A stretch of 64,000 nt of DNA. It comes from a virus (lineage: Duplodnaviria; Caudoviricetes). Within the stretch, counting starts at the first letter, position 1; every line of letters starts with the position of its first letter. Both the position numbers and the translations under genes were made by a program. Positions 17,629-26,662 of the stretch are shown here, in pieces. A model generated the notes under the pieces. It was not told where the DNA came from. It searched no databases and was given only the letters and a program-made list of their open reading frames with translations. The stretch is taken from positions 1,249-65,248 of the IMG/VR virus record IMGVR_UViG_3300036770_006429, one strand, 5' to 3'.

Positions 17629-18344
17629 TTATGAAAGAGTTTCAATGGTGCGGATATAACTGGATAACTCAAGAAAGATGGGGGGAAATACATCCAGAAA
17701 AATCCCATTGGTGGTACGATTCATCCCAAGTAGAAATAGGCGAAACATTGAAACTAAAAACAGACCTTAATCCAAAGTTTTTTCGAGAATTGAACCTCAC
17801 CTCCAACATTGGAGTTGGGCTTGTTTCTTGCACAAATGAATTTTCCTATGGGACTTTTGAAATTGAAGCCAAACTTCCAACAGGATTAAACTTATGGCCA
17901 GCATTTTGGATGTACTCATGGTATTCTTGGCCTCCAGAAATTGATATTTTAGAAGGATATTCTGATAATAGTCCAAGATTCATAACAAGAAGAGGATTTT
18001 TTAATTTCATCAATCCCCAATATGATGTCCAAACAAATTTACATTATAGAGAAAATGATATCAACAAATATATTGGTGGACAAAGAACAAATTTAAGAAA
18101 AGATGTAACAAGAAATTTCATAAAATATAAATGCGATTGGCAAAAAGATTATATTAGATTTTATTATGACGATATTCTGGTAAGGGAAATTCTGGATAAA
18201 GATATATTATCAAAATTCGATGGACATAAAATGAATGTAATCATCAATAATGGTGTTACATCTTTTGTGAACAAAAATAACCCACCCAAGTCTACATTTG
18301 AAATAAAATATTTCTCTTACAAAAAGGAAAGCCCCACCATATAG
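17625..18344 (+). CDS. Glycoside hydrolase family 16
   Basis: YGTFEIEAKLP, LWPAFW, catalytic EIDILE motif. Confidence 0.88.
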   Translation: MIMKEFQWCGYNWITQERWGEIHPEKSHWWYDSSQVEIGETLKLKTDLNPKFFRELNLTSNIGVGLVSCTNEFSYGTFEIEAKLPTGLNLWPAFWMYSWYSWPPEIDILEGYSDNSPRFITRRGFFNFINPQYDVQTNLHYRENDINKYIGGQRTNLRKDVTRNFIKYKCDWQKDYIRFYYDDILVREILDKDILSKFDGHKMNVIINNGVTSFVNKNNPPKSTFEIKYFSYKKESPTI

Positions 18345-18377
18345 GCAGGGCTCTCAAAAACTCTCACTAACAATATC

Positions 18378-19295
18378 TTAAATTACTGGAATCTTCGATA
18401 ATTCCGCAATTGCGCTTCCGTAAATCGGACTCGGATATCTCATCATATCAATATTGAAATGAATATCATCATATTCAACATTCTCAGGATAATTTTCAAC
18501 ATCAATCTTGTCAATCAAAAAATGAATTTTTCCCAATGAGAACCCGCATTCGTAAGCAATAACTTTTAGAACCAATGAATACAAGGTGAAAGCAAAAGAA
18601 AAGAAAACCAACCCTTCCATCCTTTGTGCCTTTACCGTCAAGTCCAATTTTGTTGACCCATCTTTCTTCCGCTTATTAAATGCCAATTGACAATTAAAAA
18701 CATTCGGCAAAGAACTATCAAAGTTCGCAATATTCATGGAAGACTCGCTTTTGAATTTCAGTTCATCCACAACCTTTTTGACTTGGTTGTTCACATTATT
18801 TTCAAAAACATATCCATGATTGGACATAAATCTTTGGTCCTTCAAGATATTCGCACAAAACTCTTTGTAAGTCAATCTCTTTTCGTTTGTAACATCCCAT
18901 TCAAACTTATTGTTCCCCAGTTGTCGTATCTTGCTTTCAAGATGTGACAAATACTTGTTGTACATAAGGGTTGGTACGAAATCCAAATCAGATTTAATAA
19001 ATGCGTTAACATAACTCTCCCCTTTAAGTAACCAAGTAGCACAATACACCACATCGAAAACTGTATATTTCCCGATGGTGGGATAAAACTTTGAAAGTTT
19101 ATCCATGGAAATGGTTTTCATAAAAGCCGCCTTTGATTCCTTGCTTTCCACTTTTGCTGTGCCATTGAGATAATCAAAGTACAAAGATTTTTTGTAACCG
19201 ATAATCAATGGCAAACCATTCTTTCCGAGATTATAAGAAATCTTAACATTCTTTTTCCCTTCAAGAATCTTTTGAATTTTTTTGGAAATCTTCAT
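18378..19295 (-). CDS. Highly degenerate thymidylate synthase (ThyA-fold) homolog
   Basis: WLLKGES, EFCANILKDQRFMSNHG, LDLTVKAQR...YSLVLKVIAYECGFSLGKIHFLID align to the ThyA scaffold, but the PC, RSxD, N and HxY motifs are lost. Confidence 0.6.
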   Translation of the reverse strand: MKISKKIQKILEGKKNVKISYNLGKNGLPLIIGYKKSLYFDYLNGTAKVESKESKAAFMKTISMDKLSKFYPTIGKYTVFDVVYCATWLLKGESYVNAFIKSDLDFVPTLMYNKYLSHLESKIRQLGNNKFEWDVTNEKRLTYKEFCANILKDQRFMSNHGYVFENNVNNQVKKVVDELKFKSESSMNIANFDSSLPNVFNCQLAFNKRKKDGSTKLDLTVKAQRMEGLVFFSFAFTLYSLVLKVIAYECGFSLGKIHFLIDKIDVENYPENVEYDDIHFNIDMMRYPSPIYGSAIAELSKIPVI

Positions 19296-19308
19296 TTTAA
19301 TATTTTTT

Positions 19309-20232
19309 TCAGTTAGGAAATGTTGACCTCAACTTCCAGTATTCCCTGCTTATAGCAGCTCTTCTTGACCAGTTATTCGCTGTGTGATAACCTGAACGGT
19401 ATAAACACTTGCAAATTTCCCCGGCGTACTTGTACGTTTTGCAATCAGCATATCTTTCGTTGTTAAAAACAGAAGACCAGCCGTTCACCATATCATTATA
19501 AGTCTCATACACAGCAAAATCACAAAGAATTGGTTGGCCTGTTTTATTGTAGCAATCGTCATATTTTTTGGCCTTCTTTCCAACCCCCCTGAATTTAACA
19601 CCACCCGGATTCATATAGTTTCGCATCAAATCAGATTCCACGCCTTGAACCGTAGCCTCCATTATAAAATAACAATATATAATGGATATTGGCAATTCCG
19701 TTTTGTAATGTACGTCCCAGAAGAATTGGTCGTAGCTATATGCCAACCATATCCTTCTAATCATACCAGTGGAATATTTATCAAGATTGTTGAAACCCAA
19801 AGATTCCATGTAATCTATAAGTTCATTTCTTGTTAAATTTTTCATTTGGTATCCAGCATTTTTTATGAATGGAACATTCAATGGTCTCAACCCACCGCCT
19901 TCACTTTCAATGAACACATCATTTTCCTCGATTTCTCTTGTTACAACGCTTGGGTCATAATTTTGTCTCATTTTATCAAGTTCAGCAATCCTTTCATATA
20001 ACCCATTAAAGTTTTCCTCTGGAATATCTGGAGGGTTATTTAAAACGGCATATATGTCAATATATTCCTCCCTATATTCTTCAGGTAACTCCGAAGCATT
20101 TCTTGCAATTTCTGTGCTTGCCAAGTCTTCCGGACTTGGATACAAAGTATCAATAGTCCTAACCCCTTTCTTAGAAGAAATAAAGAAATAAAACAAACAA
20201 GTCGAACAAACAGCATACAAAACCCTATTCAT
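19309..20232 (-). CDS. GH73-like glucosaminidase/peptidoglycan hydrolase with N-terminal membrane anchor
   Basis: FIMEA...SDL...NPGGVK...FAVY...ERY...SGYHT; hydrophobic N-terminus; promoter at 20249-20256. Confidence 0.7.
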   Translation of the reverse strand: MNRVLYAVCSTCLFYFFISSKKGVRTIDTLYPSPEDLASTEIARNASELPEEYREEYIDIYAVLNNPPDIPEENFNGLYERIAELDKMRQNYDPSVVTREIEENDVFIESEGGGLRPLNVPFIKNAGYQMKNLTRNELIDYMESLGFNNLDKYSTGMIRRIWLAYSYDQFFWDVHYKTELPISIIYCYFIMEATVQGVESDLMRNYMNPGGVKFRGVGKKAKKYDDCYNKTGQPILCDFAVYETYNDMVNGWSSVFNNERYADCKTYKYAGEICKCLYRSGYHTANNWSRRAAISREYWKLRSTFPN

Positions 20233-20308
20233 AACAAAAAATTTTCCACAAAGATATGATATGCCTACCTTTTTTCCAAAAAAAACTTACCTTTGTAGTA
20301 AAAAAAAT

Positions 20309-20974
20309 ATGAAAGCAGAATTAATTGATTATTTCGGGGACGATTTGAGGGTTTGTGATGTTGCCAGAGTTTCTTATGATAAATTGGCATCAACATACAC
20401 CAATGAGCAAAATCAGAAACTCATCAAATATTTGGCATCCCACAAGCACACAAGCCCTTTCAGACATCCACAATTATCTTATAGGATTACTTGCCCCATA
20501 TATGTGGAAAGGCAGCTCAGGAAGCACGAGGTAGGGTTAGAGGTGGAAACAATGGAAAATACAAGCGTAAATTCCATATCAGGAAGGTATGTTGATTTTT
20601 CCGATTCCTACACCAAAATTACCGAGTGGAGAAAACAATCAAAATCAAGCAAACAAGGTAGCGAAGGTGTGGTCGAAAACCAACAAAGGTGTATCGAAAT
20701 TGAAAATGAAATTATAGAACTTGCAAAAGTAAGATACGAAGAATTGATTGCTTTGGGTGTTAGTAAAGAACAAGCCAGAAGTATTTTACCACTAAACCTT
20801 AATACCACATTCGTTTGGACCGGATCTTTACTTGCTTTTTTTCATTTGTTCGAACTTAGACTGAAGCCTGATGCACAAAAAGAAACCAGAGATGTTGTAC
20901 AATTAATGTTCGACCAGATTAAAAATTTAGACGGAAACCCATTCGCATGGAGTTTGGATGCTTTTGGCTTTTAA
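20309..20974 (+). CDS. thyX: Flavin-dependent thymidylate synthase
   Basis: ARVSY, HTSPFRH, RQLRKH...NSISGRY, EQARSILP, LRLKPDAQKE; TACCTTTG at 20288-20295 supports a start at 20309. Confidence 0.93.
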   Translation: MKAELIDYFGDDLRVCDVARVSYDKLASTYTNEQNQKLIKYLASHKHTSPFRHPQLSYRITCPIYVERQLRKHEVGLEVETMENTSVNSISGRYVDFSDSYTKITEWRKQSKSSKQGSEGVVENQQRCIEIENEIIELAKVRYEELIALGVSKEQARSILPLNLNTTFVWTGSLLAFFHLFELRLKPDAQKETRDVVQLMFDQIKNLDGNPFAWSLDAFGF

Positions 20975-21438
20975 ACCATATATTTTCTAATTATTTTAAG
21001 TGAGGTTGAATCTTTGAGCAATTTCTTTAATCCACTATGCTTTGGTTCGATTGAAAGAAGTTCTTCAAAATCAACCCACTTAAAATCCTGAGTTTCCCAG
21101 TTAATTTTTGGCGAAAATTCTTCTTCGATTATTCCCAAGTAATTGAAAAACGTTATATCTTTGCGTTCATTAATCAATAATGGAATTAACATGATTTTGC
21201 CGGAATATCCACTTTCTTCTTTTAATTCACGAATGGCCGCCTGTTTTGGTTGTTCATTTGAATCCACTTTTCCACCCCACAAGCACCAAGTGGAACCTTC
21301 AACAACATGCCTTGAACGAAGTGGAATGGAAGCTCGCTTTGTGGATAAGGCAACTGGCAAAATTCCCGCACCTTCTTTTAATTCATTTATTTTATTTTGC
21401 TCAAGCAAAATTTTAAAACGATTAATGATTTCTCGCAT
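20971..21438 (-). CDS. Nudix hydrolase
   Basis: GGKVDSNEQPKQAAIRELKEESG Nudix box; leader MREIINRFKILLEQ. Confidence 0.9.
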   Translation of the reverse strand: MREIINRFKILLEQNKINELKEGAGILPVALSTKRASIPLRSRHVVEGSTWCLWGGKVDSNEQPKQAAIRELKEESGYSGKIMLIPLLINERKDITFFNYLGIIEEEFSPKINWETQDFKWVDFEELLSIEPKHSGLKKLLKDSTSLKIIRKYMV

Positions 21439-21485
21439 ATCTTTTTAAGTAAATATATTCAAAAATTCAAACAATATAAACAATT

Positions 21486-21719
21486 ATGAGCCAAGAAATT
21501 TATGTTTTAGAAATTTTTAAAAAGTTTAAGGGACAATTTAAATCGCACTTTAAAGATGAATTCAATAGTCAACGAGAAGGCGTTCAAAACTTCAAAGATT
21601 ATTTCTCCAAATATGGGTTAAATGAAACAGCCATCGAAAAATACAACAAAAATGATGAATTTATATGGCGTTTCAAAAACGATGATTCATTGATTGTTCT
21701 TAGAAAAGAAATGAAATGA
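21486..21719 (+). CDS. Hypothetical protein
   Basis: 77-aa ORF with ATGA overlap. Confidence 0.6.
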   Translation: MSQEIYVLEIFKKFKGQFKSHFKDEFNSQREGVQNFKDYFSKYGLNETAIEKYNKNDEFIWRFKNDDSLIVLRKEMK

Positions 21720-22228
21720 TTTATTACTACGACGTACATTCCGAAGCGGGTAACAAAGCCCAGCTAATCGGGGAGAATAAAATAGACGAGCTATCAAAGA
21801 AAATTCAAAGGGGCTTTTTCTTTATAAAAGATGAAAAAGATAAAGACATAACTCCACTTTCTTTTGATGGGTTCATATGCAAAAGCCACATTGTTGTTGC
21901 CATGTTCGAAGTCAGGACAAGAAAAGGACACGTCTATAAAGATGGAATTGTGTTCAGGGGAAGGAAATATCCCACATATATGATAACAAAGAAAAAGTTG
22001 GATAAATGTGCAGAATATTCAAAATACTTGAACTTGCCATTCGTTTTGTTTGTTTATTTTGAACTTAATAACTCTTTTTTGGTATATAAAATATCAGATA
22101 AACGTGGCAATTTTTTAATAGATTTTGAAACCCAAAAAACCAAAAGCCAATACTCAGTTAATGGCGGTGTGGCTTATAGGGAAAATGCTTTTATTGATGT
22201 CGCAAAAGGAACAATTATTAAAATATGA
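21716..22228 (+). CDS. PD-(D/E)xK nuclease-like protein
   Basis: GE...FDGF...FEVRTR...MITKKK pattern. Confidence 0.55.
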   Translation: MIYYYDVHSEAGNKAQLIGENKIDELSKKIQRGFFFIKDEKDKDITPLSFDGFICKSHIVVAMFEVRTRKGHVYKDGIVFRGRKYPTYMITKKKLDKCAEYSKYLNLPFVLFVYFELNNSFLVYKISDKRGNFLIDFETQKTKSQYSVNGGVAYRENAFIDVAKGTIIKI

Positions 22229-22446
22229 TTGATGAAGATTACAAAGAAACCGTAACATTGATTGAAAGATATTCATGGAGAATATTATCACTAATATCCA
22301 TGATTGAACATAATGAATCTTTCTATTCAAAATTTAAAGACACCAAAGAAGCCGATGAAGCGTTCGGAAAAAACGAAAAATATAAAGAAAACATAATCAC
22401 GCTTAACAAACAATTATTAGAACAACTTAAAAATTTAAAGCCATGA
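22225..22446 (+). CDS. Hypothetical protein
   Basis: 73-aa ORF with ATGA overlaps. Confidence 0.6.
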   Translation: MIDEDYKETVTLIERYSWRILSLISMIEHNESFYSKFKDTKEADEAFGKNEKYKENIITLNKQLLEQLKNLKP

Positions 22447-22982
22447 TTAATTTTAGGAACTTTTTTTCTGATTCTCATGATAGAGAACTTTTCATCAAAA
22501 TTGCCAAATGGTGCGAACAAAATTATATCGAAGAGAATGGTAAAACATTTTCCAAATATAACCAAGTTTTTGAACGCTCTTTGCGAATTATTTGGAGGTT
22601 ATATCGCTATCAACCTTCGGTTATTTCAGGCGCAAGCATCGGAAAAGATAACATAGAATACCAGAACGTCGCAAAACATATCCATGATAATCTAAACCCT
22701 ATTATTGATTTAAATGATGCTCATGAAATTCTTGATGCTTTCATTAATATCGGGTTATTAAACGTAACAGAAAAAGAAGAAGAATATCAACTCGAAGATT
22801 ACAAATTCGGTATTAAACAATTTTTCTGCAAGTTTAATGCTTTTGAAATTTATGATTTTGAGGAGTTTAAGACGGATTTGGAATTTAAGGATATCAATGA
22901 TTCCGAAGAAAATTTGAAAGAGCTATACTATAATTATATTTTTAGAATCATGAAAGGCGGATTTAAAACCACAATAAGTTGA
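22443..22982 (+). CDS. Hypothetical protein
   Basis: 179-aa ORF with ATGA overlap. Confidence 0.65.
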   Translation: MINFRNFFSDSHDRELFIKIAKWCEQNYIEENGKTFSKYNQVFERSLRIIWRLYRYQPSVISGASIGKDNIEYQNVAKHIHDNLNPIIDLNDAHEILDAFINIGLLNVTEKEEEYQLEDYKFGIKQFFCKFNAFEIYDFEEFKTDLEFKDINDSEENLKELYYNYIFRIMKGGFKTTIS

Positions 22983-23154
22983 ACAACGAGATTATATTCA
23001 TTGGCAAATTGCTCGTTGGAATTGCCGTTCTGGTTGTTGTTTGCCTGAGCGTTGAAAAAGCCTTTCCGAGAAAAGGAGATGATATTTACATTATGGTTTT
23101 GATTGGCATTTTTTTGATATTATTTGGCGAATATCGCAAAAGCAAAAAATAATA

Positions 23155-23346
23155 TCAATCCGATATTTTTTTTAGATTCGGAAGGTCAAAACCAAACATC
23201 ATGGTGAACTTATCATCTTCTTGTTCCTTAATTTGTTCAAATGCCATTTTGACTCCAGCAAAAAAAGCTTCTCTAATATTGGCTTCTTTGTTTTCTTTTA
23301 ACCAATCTTCAAAAGACATATTTAATTTTTCTTTCGATGCGTTCAT
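23155..23346 (-). CDS. Hypothetical protein
   Basis: SFEDWL...REAFFAG small phage motif. Confidence 0.55.
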   Translation of the reverse strand: MNASKEKLNMSFEDWLKENKEANIREAFFAGVKMAFEQIKEQEDDKFTMMFGFDLPNLKKISD

Positions 23347-23348
23347 TC

Positions 23349-24260
23349 TTAATATATTGAGTAAAAATTATTGATACTATTGTTCATTCCTCTTATAACC
23401 GAGCTCTTATTGGAGCCATATAAAATTACCTCTTGTAGTGTTCCTGAAATTCCATTAAGAGATGACGTCGTGGAACTACTGGCTCCGATAATTCCAGAAT
23501 TATAAAGCGGTGTCCACTCGAAATTGTTATCCCATATCCTATAAAATTGCGCTCCATTAGTGCCTGCTCCACTCCATGTGCCCGCATAAATTCTATAAGT
23601 CGTAAGCGGTACAGGTACATTGTTAATGTTGATTCCCGTTGACCCGCCCCTTGTGCTGTTTGGTGAAGCGGCAACCAACAGCCTTCCATAGCTTACGTCG
23701 TTGTGCATTATGGCGATATACATACTAGTTGCCGCAGATGGATTTCCAATGTCAAGATAATTTTGATACTGAGGTAAAGAATCCCTTTTCGTAACAATAA
23801 AATGTGTTGCAGCGGTAAGGCTAATCTCCGCAAATTCAAGCCTGTCGTTGATGCCATCCCATTTCAACGCGACTTTAGACCCCTGCTTAATCAATGCGCC
23901 TGAAGCAATAATCTGCGGCTGATTTGCATCTGTCGTCATTGTGGCGTTCCTGCCGTTGCCGGATTGGTCAAACCACACGCGCACAAAGCAATTATTCGCC
24001 CCGCAAAACGTTTTCATCGTCGCGGTATCGAGATAGTCGTTCACGAACCCTATCGTGTCAAGTGCATTGTCATTGCTTCGTCTAACAACAACGCAACTGT
24101 CGCCGTAATCCTTGTCAAGTTTTCTTAGCGAAAAAGCCACCTCTGCACTTGGGTATTCATCTAAAAAAAGTATATCATAAAACCTATCAACATAAATTTG
24201 ACCAAAAATATCGGATGCCAAAATAAAAAAAAAGAAAAATAAAAAATATCTTATATTCAT
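23349..24260 (-). CDS. Exported LamG/AbfB-like beta-sandwich protein (paralog 3)
   Basis: MNIRYFLFFFFFILASDIFG|Q; AFSLRKL...VRR...IGF...WFDQSGNGRNA...QP; ends INNFYSIY. Confidence 0.75.
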   Translation of the reverse strand: MNIRYFLFFFFFILASDIFGQIYVDRFYDILFLDEYPSAEVAFSLRKLDKDYGDSCVVVRRSNDNALDTIGFVNDYLDTATMKTFCGANNCFVRVWFDQSGNGRNATMTTDANQPQIIASGALIKQGSKVALKWDGINDRLEFAEISLTAATHFIVTKRDSLPQYQNYLDIGNPSAATSMYIAIMHNDVSYGRLLVAASPNSTRGGSTGININNVPVPLTTYRIYAGTWSGAGTNGAQFYRIWDNNFEWTPLYNSGIIGASSSTTSSLNGISGTLQEVILYGSNKSSVIRGMNNSINNFYSIY

Positions 24261-24264
24261 GTTG

Positions 24265-25215
24265 TTAATATATTGAGTAAGCTCTATTAATATTGTCATT
24301 TATCGCGCTGCGATTTGACGTTTGATCGCTTTTATATATAATAATTTCCTGTACTTTTCCATTAATAAAATTGACTGAACGGCTGTGGTCGTACATTATA
24401 CCTTTTAAACTTGTTGGTTCTGTTGTAGAACCCCATCCGCCAAAGGAACTATTGGTAAGTGTTTTGAGTTCATTATTTCGATATAATGACGGCGCAGCGT
24501 TAGGGAAAATAAATGAATACAAATTATTAGATGCCGCTATGTTTTCGCTTGTTTCGCCGTATCCCCTTACGGTTACATCCTGCAATGTAAGAATAGAAAT
24601 TCTTTCATTCGTTAATGTTGCGGTCCAGTTTCCACCAAAACCAACGGATAAAAATGCGTTTTCATTTCCTGAAATGCCAGTGAAAAAAGCTCCAGTAATG
24701 CTTGTGTTATTGATTTCATTTGTATTTCGAAAAACAAAAAACCAAGAAAAAGCATTGCCATTAAATAATACCGCGCTATCCATTACAAGTCGGTCGTTGG
24801 TTCCGTCAAATACCATCGTAGCGTTACTGCCATCTTTTTCAAGTACGCCTGAAGTCAATATTCTTGGTTGATTAGCGTTAATTGTTGATGTTGTATTATT
24901 AGCATTTCCGCTCTGATCGAATACCCTTCTTACCCAGCAGCTATCTCCCGCGCCCGTACCGCAAAAGTTTTTTAAACTTATTGTGTCAAGATAATTATTC
25001 CTAAAACCTATATTGATTGTATCGCCATTAACTCTTCTAACAGTAACACAAAAACCAGTATAATCTTTGTCTAACTTGCGCAAGGAAACCGCTACCGCCG
25101 CCGAAGGAAATGAATCCAATAAAAGATCAGAATCAAACCTATCAAAATATAATTGCCCAAAAATATCTGATGCCAAAATAAAAAAACAAAAAAATAAAAA
25201 ATATCTTATATTCAT
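24265..25215 (-). CDS. Exported LamG/AbfB-like protein (paralog 2)
   Basis: Same signal peptide and motifs; FDGTND; GKVQEIIIY; ends INRAYSIY. Confidence 0.75.
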   Translation of the reverse strand: MNIRYFLFFCFFILASDIFGQLYFDRFDSDLLLDSFPSAAVAVSLRKLDKDYTGFCVTVRRVNGDTINIGFRNNYLDTISLKNFCGTGAGDSCWVRRVFDQSGNANNTTSTINANQPRILTSGVLEKDGSNATMVFDGTNDRLVMDSAVLFNGNAFSWFFVFRNTNEINNTSITGAFFTGISGNENAFLSVGFGGNWTATLTNERISILTLQDVTVRGYGETSENIAASNNLYSFIFPNAAPSLYRNNELKTLTNSSFGGWGSTTEPTSLKGIMYDHSRSVNFINGKVQEIIIYKSDQTSNRSAINDNINRAYSIY

Positions 25216-25219
25216 TTTT

Positions 25220-26173
25220 TTAATATATCGAATAAAATGTATTAATGTTTGTTTGCATACCTGTTCTATCGCCACGTTTGTCAGAATTGTAAATAATAAG
25301 TTCTTTTATACCCCCGTTAAGGAAATTAGCTGAAGTTCCTACCGAACCGATACCAAGGTTATTTGAAGCATTATTTGTTGTTGGAAGGGCAGTTCCCGCA
25401 TTGTTTTTTATCGCGACTCCGTTATTAATGTAGTTTTCACTTCTATTTTCCGGAATTGAATTATCCGCATCCGTAAAACCAAAAATCAAAAAATGTTCAG
25501 AATTTATAAGTGGATTATCGTTGCTATAATTACCAACTGGAAATAAAAAAGGATTTACAACCACCGAACCTAAGTTGTTAGGAATAGAGTTCGACTCCCA
25601 AAGAACAAACCCAATGTCACTCCCAGTTACCCGATTAGTACCAAAAAAAATCTGACCTTTTACCACATTTTTGTGAGCCACCAGCAAAAAAGTTGAAAAA
25701 CTACCATTATGCATAAAGTTATAAATCGCAGTGCTATTATTCACACTCATAAGGTCATTAGTACCATCAAAATCAGCAATCACATATCCCTCATTGCGCA
25801 CTATTGTTCCAGCATTTACAATGGTCGGCATATTTGCTTTAGTCTCCTGAACAAAGTTCCTGCCATTACCAGTTTGATCGTACCATGTTCTAATACGACA
25901 ACTATTGCTACCACAAAATCTTTTTAAAGCAACGGTATCTAAAAAATTACCAGCAAAACCAATATTGCTAGTTAAATCTCCGGTACTATCCTTCAATACT
26001 TCAACACATCGTCCAGAGTAACCGTCACGCAGTTTTCTAAATGAAATAGCCGTATGAGCATTGCCGAACTCATCTAAAAATAAACTAGGGTCAATACGAT
26101 ATATGTATGCTTGCCCAAAAATATCAGAAACAAAAATAAAAAAACAAAAAAATATAAAATACCTTATATTCAT
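25220..26173 (-). CDS. Exported LamG/AbfB-like protein (paralog 1)
   Basis: MNIRYFIFFCFFIFVSDIFG|Q; WYDQTGNGRN; FDGTND; ends INTFYSIY. Confidence 0.75.
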   Translation of the reverse strand: MNIRYFIFFCFFIFVSDIFGQAYIYRIDPSLFLDEFGNAHTAISFRKLRDGYSGRCVEVLKDSTGDLTSNIGFAGNFLDTVALKRFCGSNSCRIRTWYDQTGNGRNFVQETKANMPTIVNAGTIVRNEGYVIADFDGTNDLMSVNNSTAIYNFMHNGSFSTFLLVAHKNVVKGQIFFGTNRVTGSDIGFVLWESNSIPNNLGSVVVNPFLFPVGNYSNDNPLINSEHFLIFGFTDADNSIPENRSENYINNGVAIKNNAGTALPTTNNASNNLGIGSVGTSANFLNGGIKELIIYNSDKRGDRTGMQTNINTFYSIY

Positions 26174-26204
26174 TTTATTGCATTATTGAACAAAAATAAT
26201 AACA

Positions 26205-26636
26205 TCATTCATTACCATTATCGGAAGGCGGTTTTATGTAACCATTTCTATACATCCAAGCCTTTACAATTTCACCCCACAAACCACTTACATACGCATA
26301 AATCAACTCATCAGGCGTTTCAAGTTGCGCCCCCTGCGTAAGTGCCGCATTTGTGAATAAAGAAACAAAATAACGATTATCCCCCTCCGTCACAACAAGA
26401 GACGCAAAAATTTTTTCGTAGTACTTCTCCATTGTACTTTGATTAGTGGTATCAACCAAAGCCTGACCAGCCCGAATATACATCGCAACACCAACCCTAC
26501 TCCTAAATGTCTCATTGCGACTTAACTCAACAACAGTAGCAAAAGGAGTGTTAAACTGCGACAAGCTATCAACAGGCACTTGTGCAGATAAATTAGAAAT
26601 AAAAAAAATAAAGAAAAACAAAAATAAAATCCTCAT
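26205..26636 (-). CDS. Exported helical protein, possibly a fibre-associated chaperone
   Basis: MRILFLFFFIFFISNLSA|Q; FRSRVGVAMY motif; lies just downstream of the fibre gene. Confidence 0.65.
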   Translation of the reverse strand: MRILFLFFFIFFISNLSAQVPVDSLSQFNTPFATVVELSRNETFRSRVGVAMYIRAGQALVDTTNQSTMEKYYEKIFASLVVTEGDNRYFVSLFTNAALTQGAQLETPDELIYAYVSGLWGEIVKAWMYRNGYIKPPSDNGNE

Positions 26637-26662
26637 TGATATATGTTTTAATTTTATATTAC

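Noticed and set aside
23349-26173. Diversity-generating retroelement targets
   Set aside because: No reverse transcriptase in the window, and no template/variable repeat pair differing only at adenines was seen
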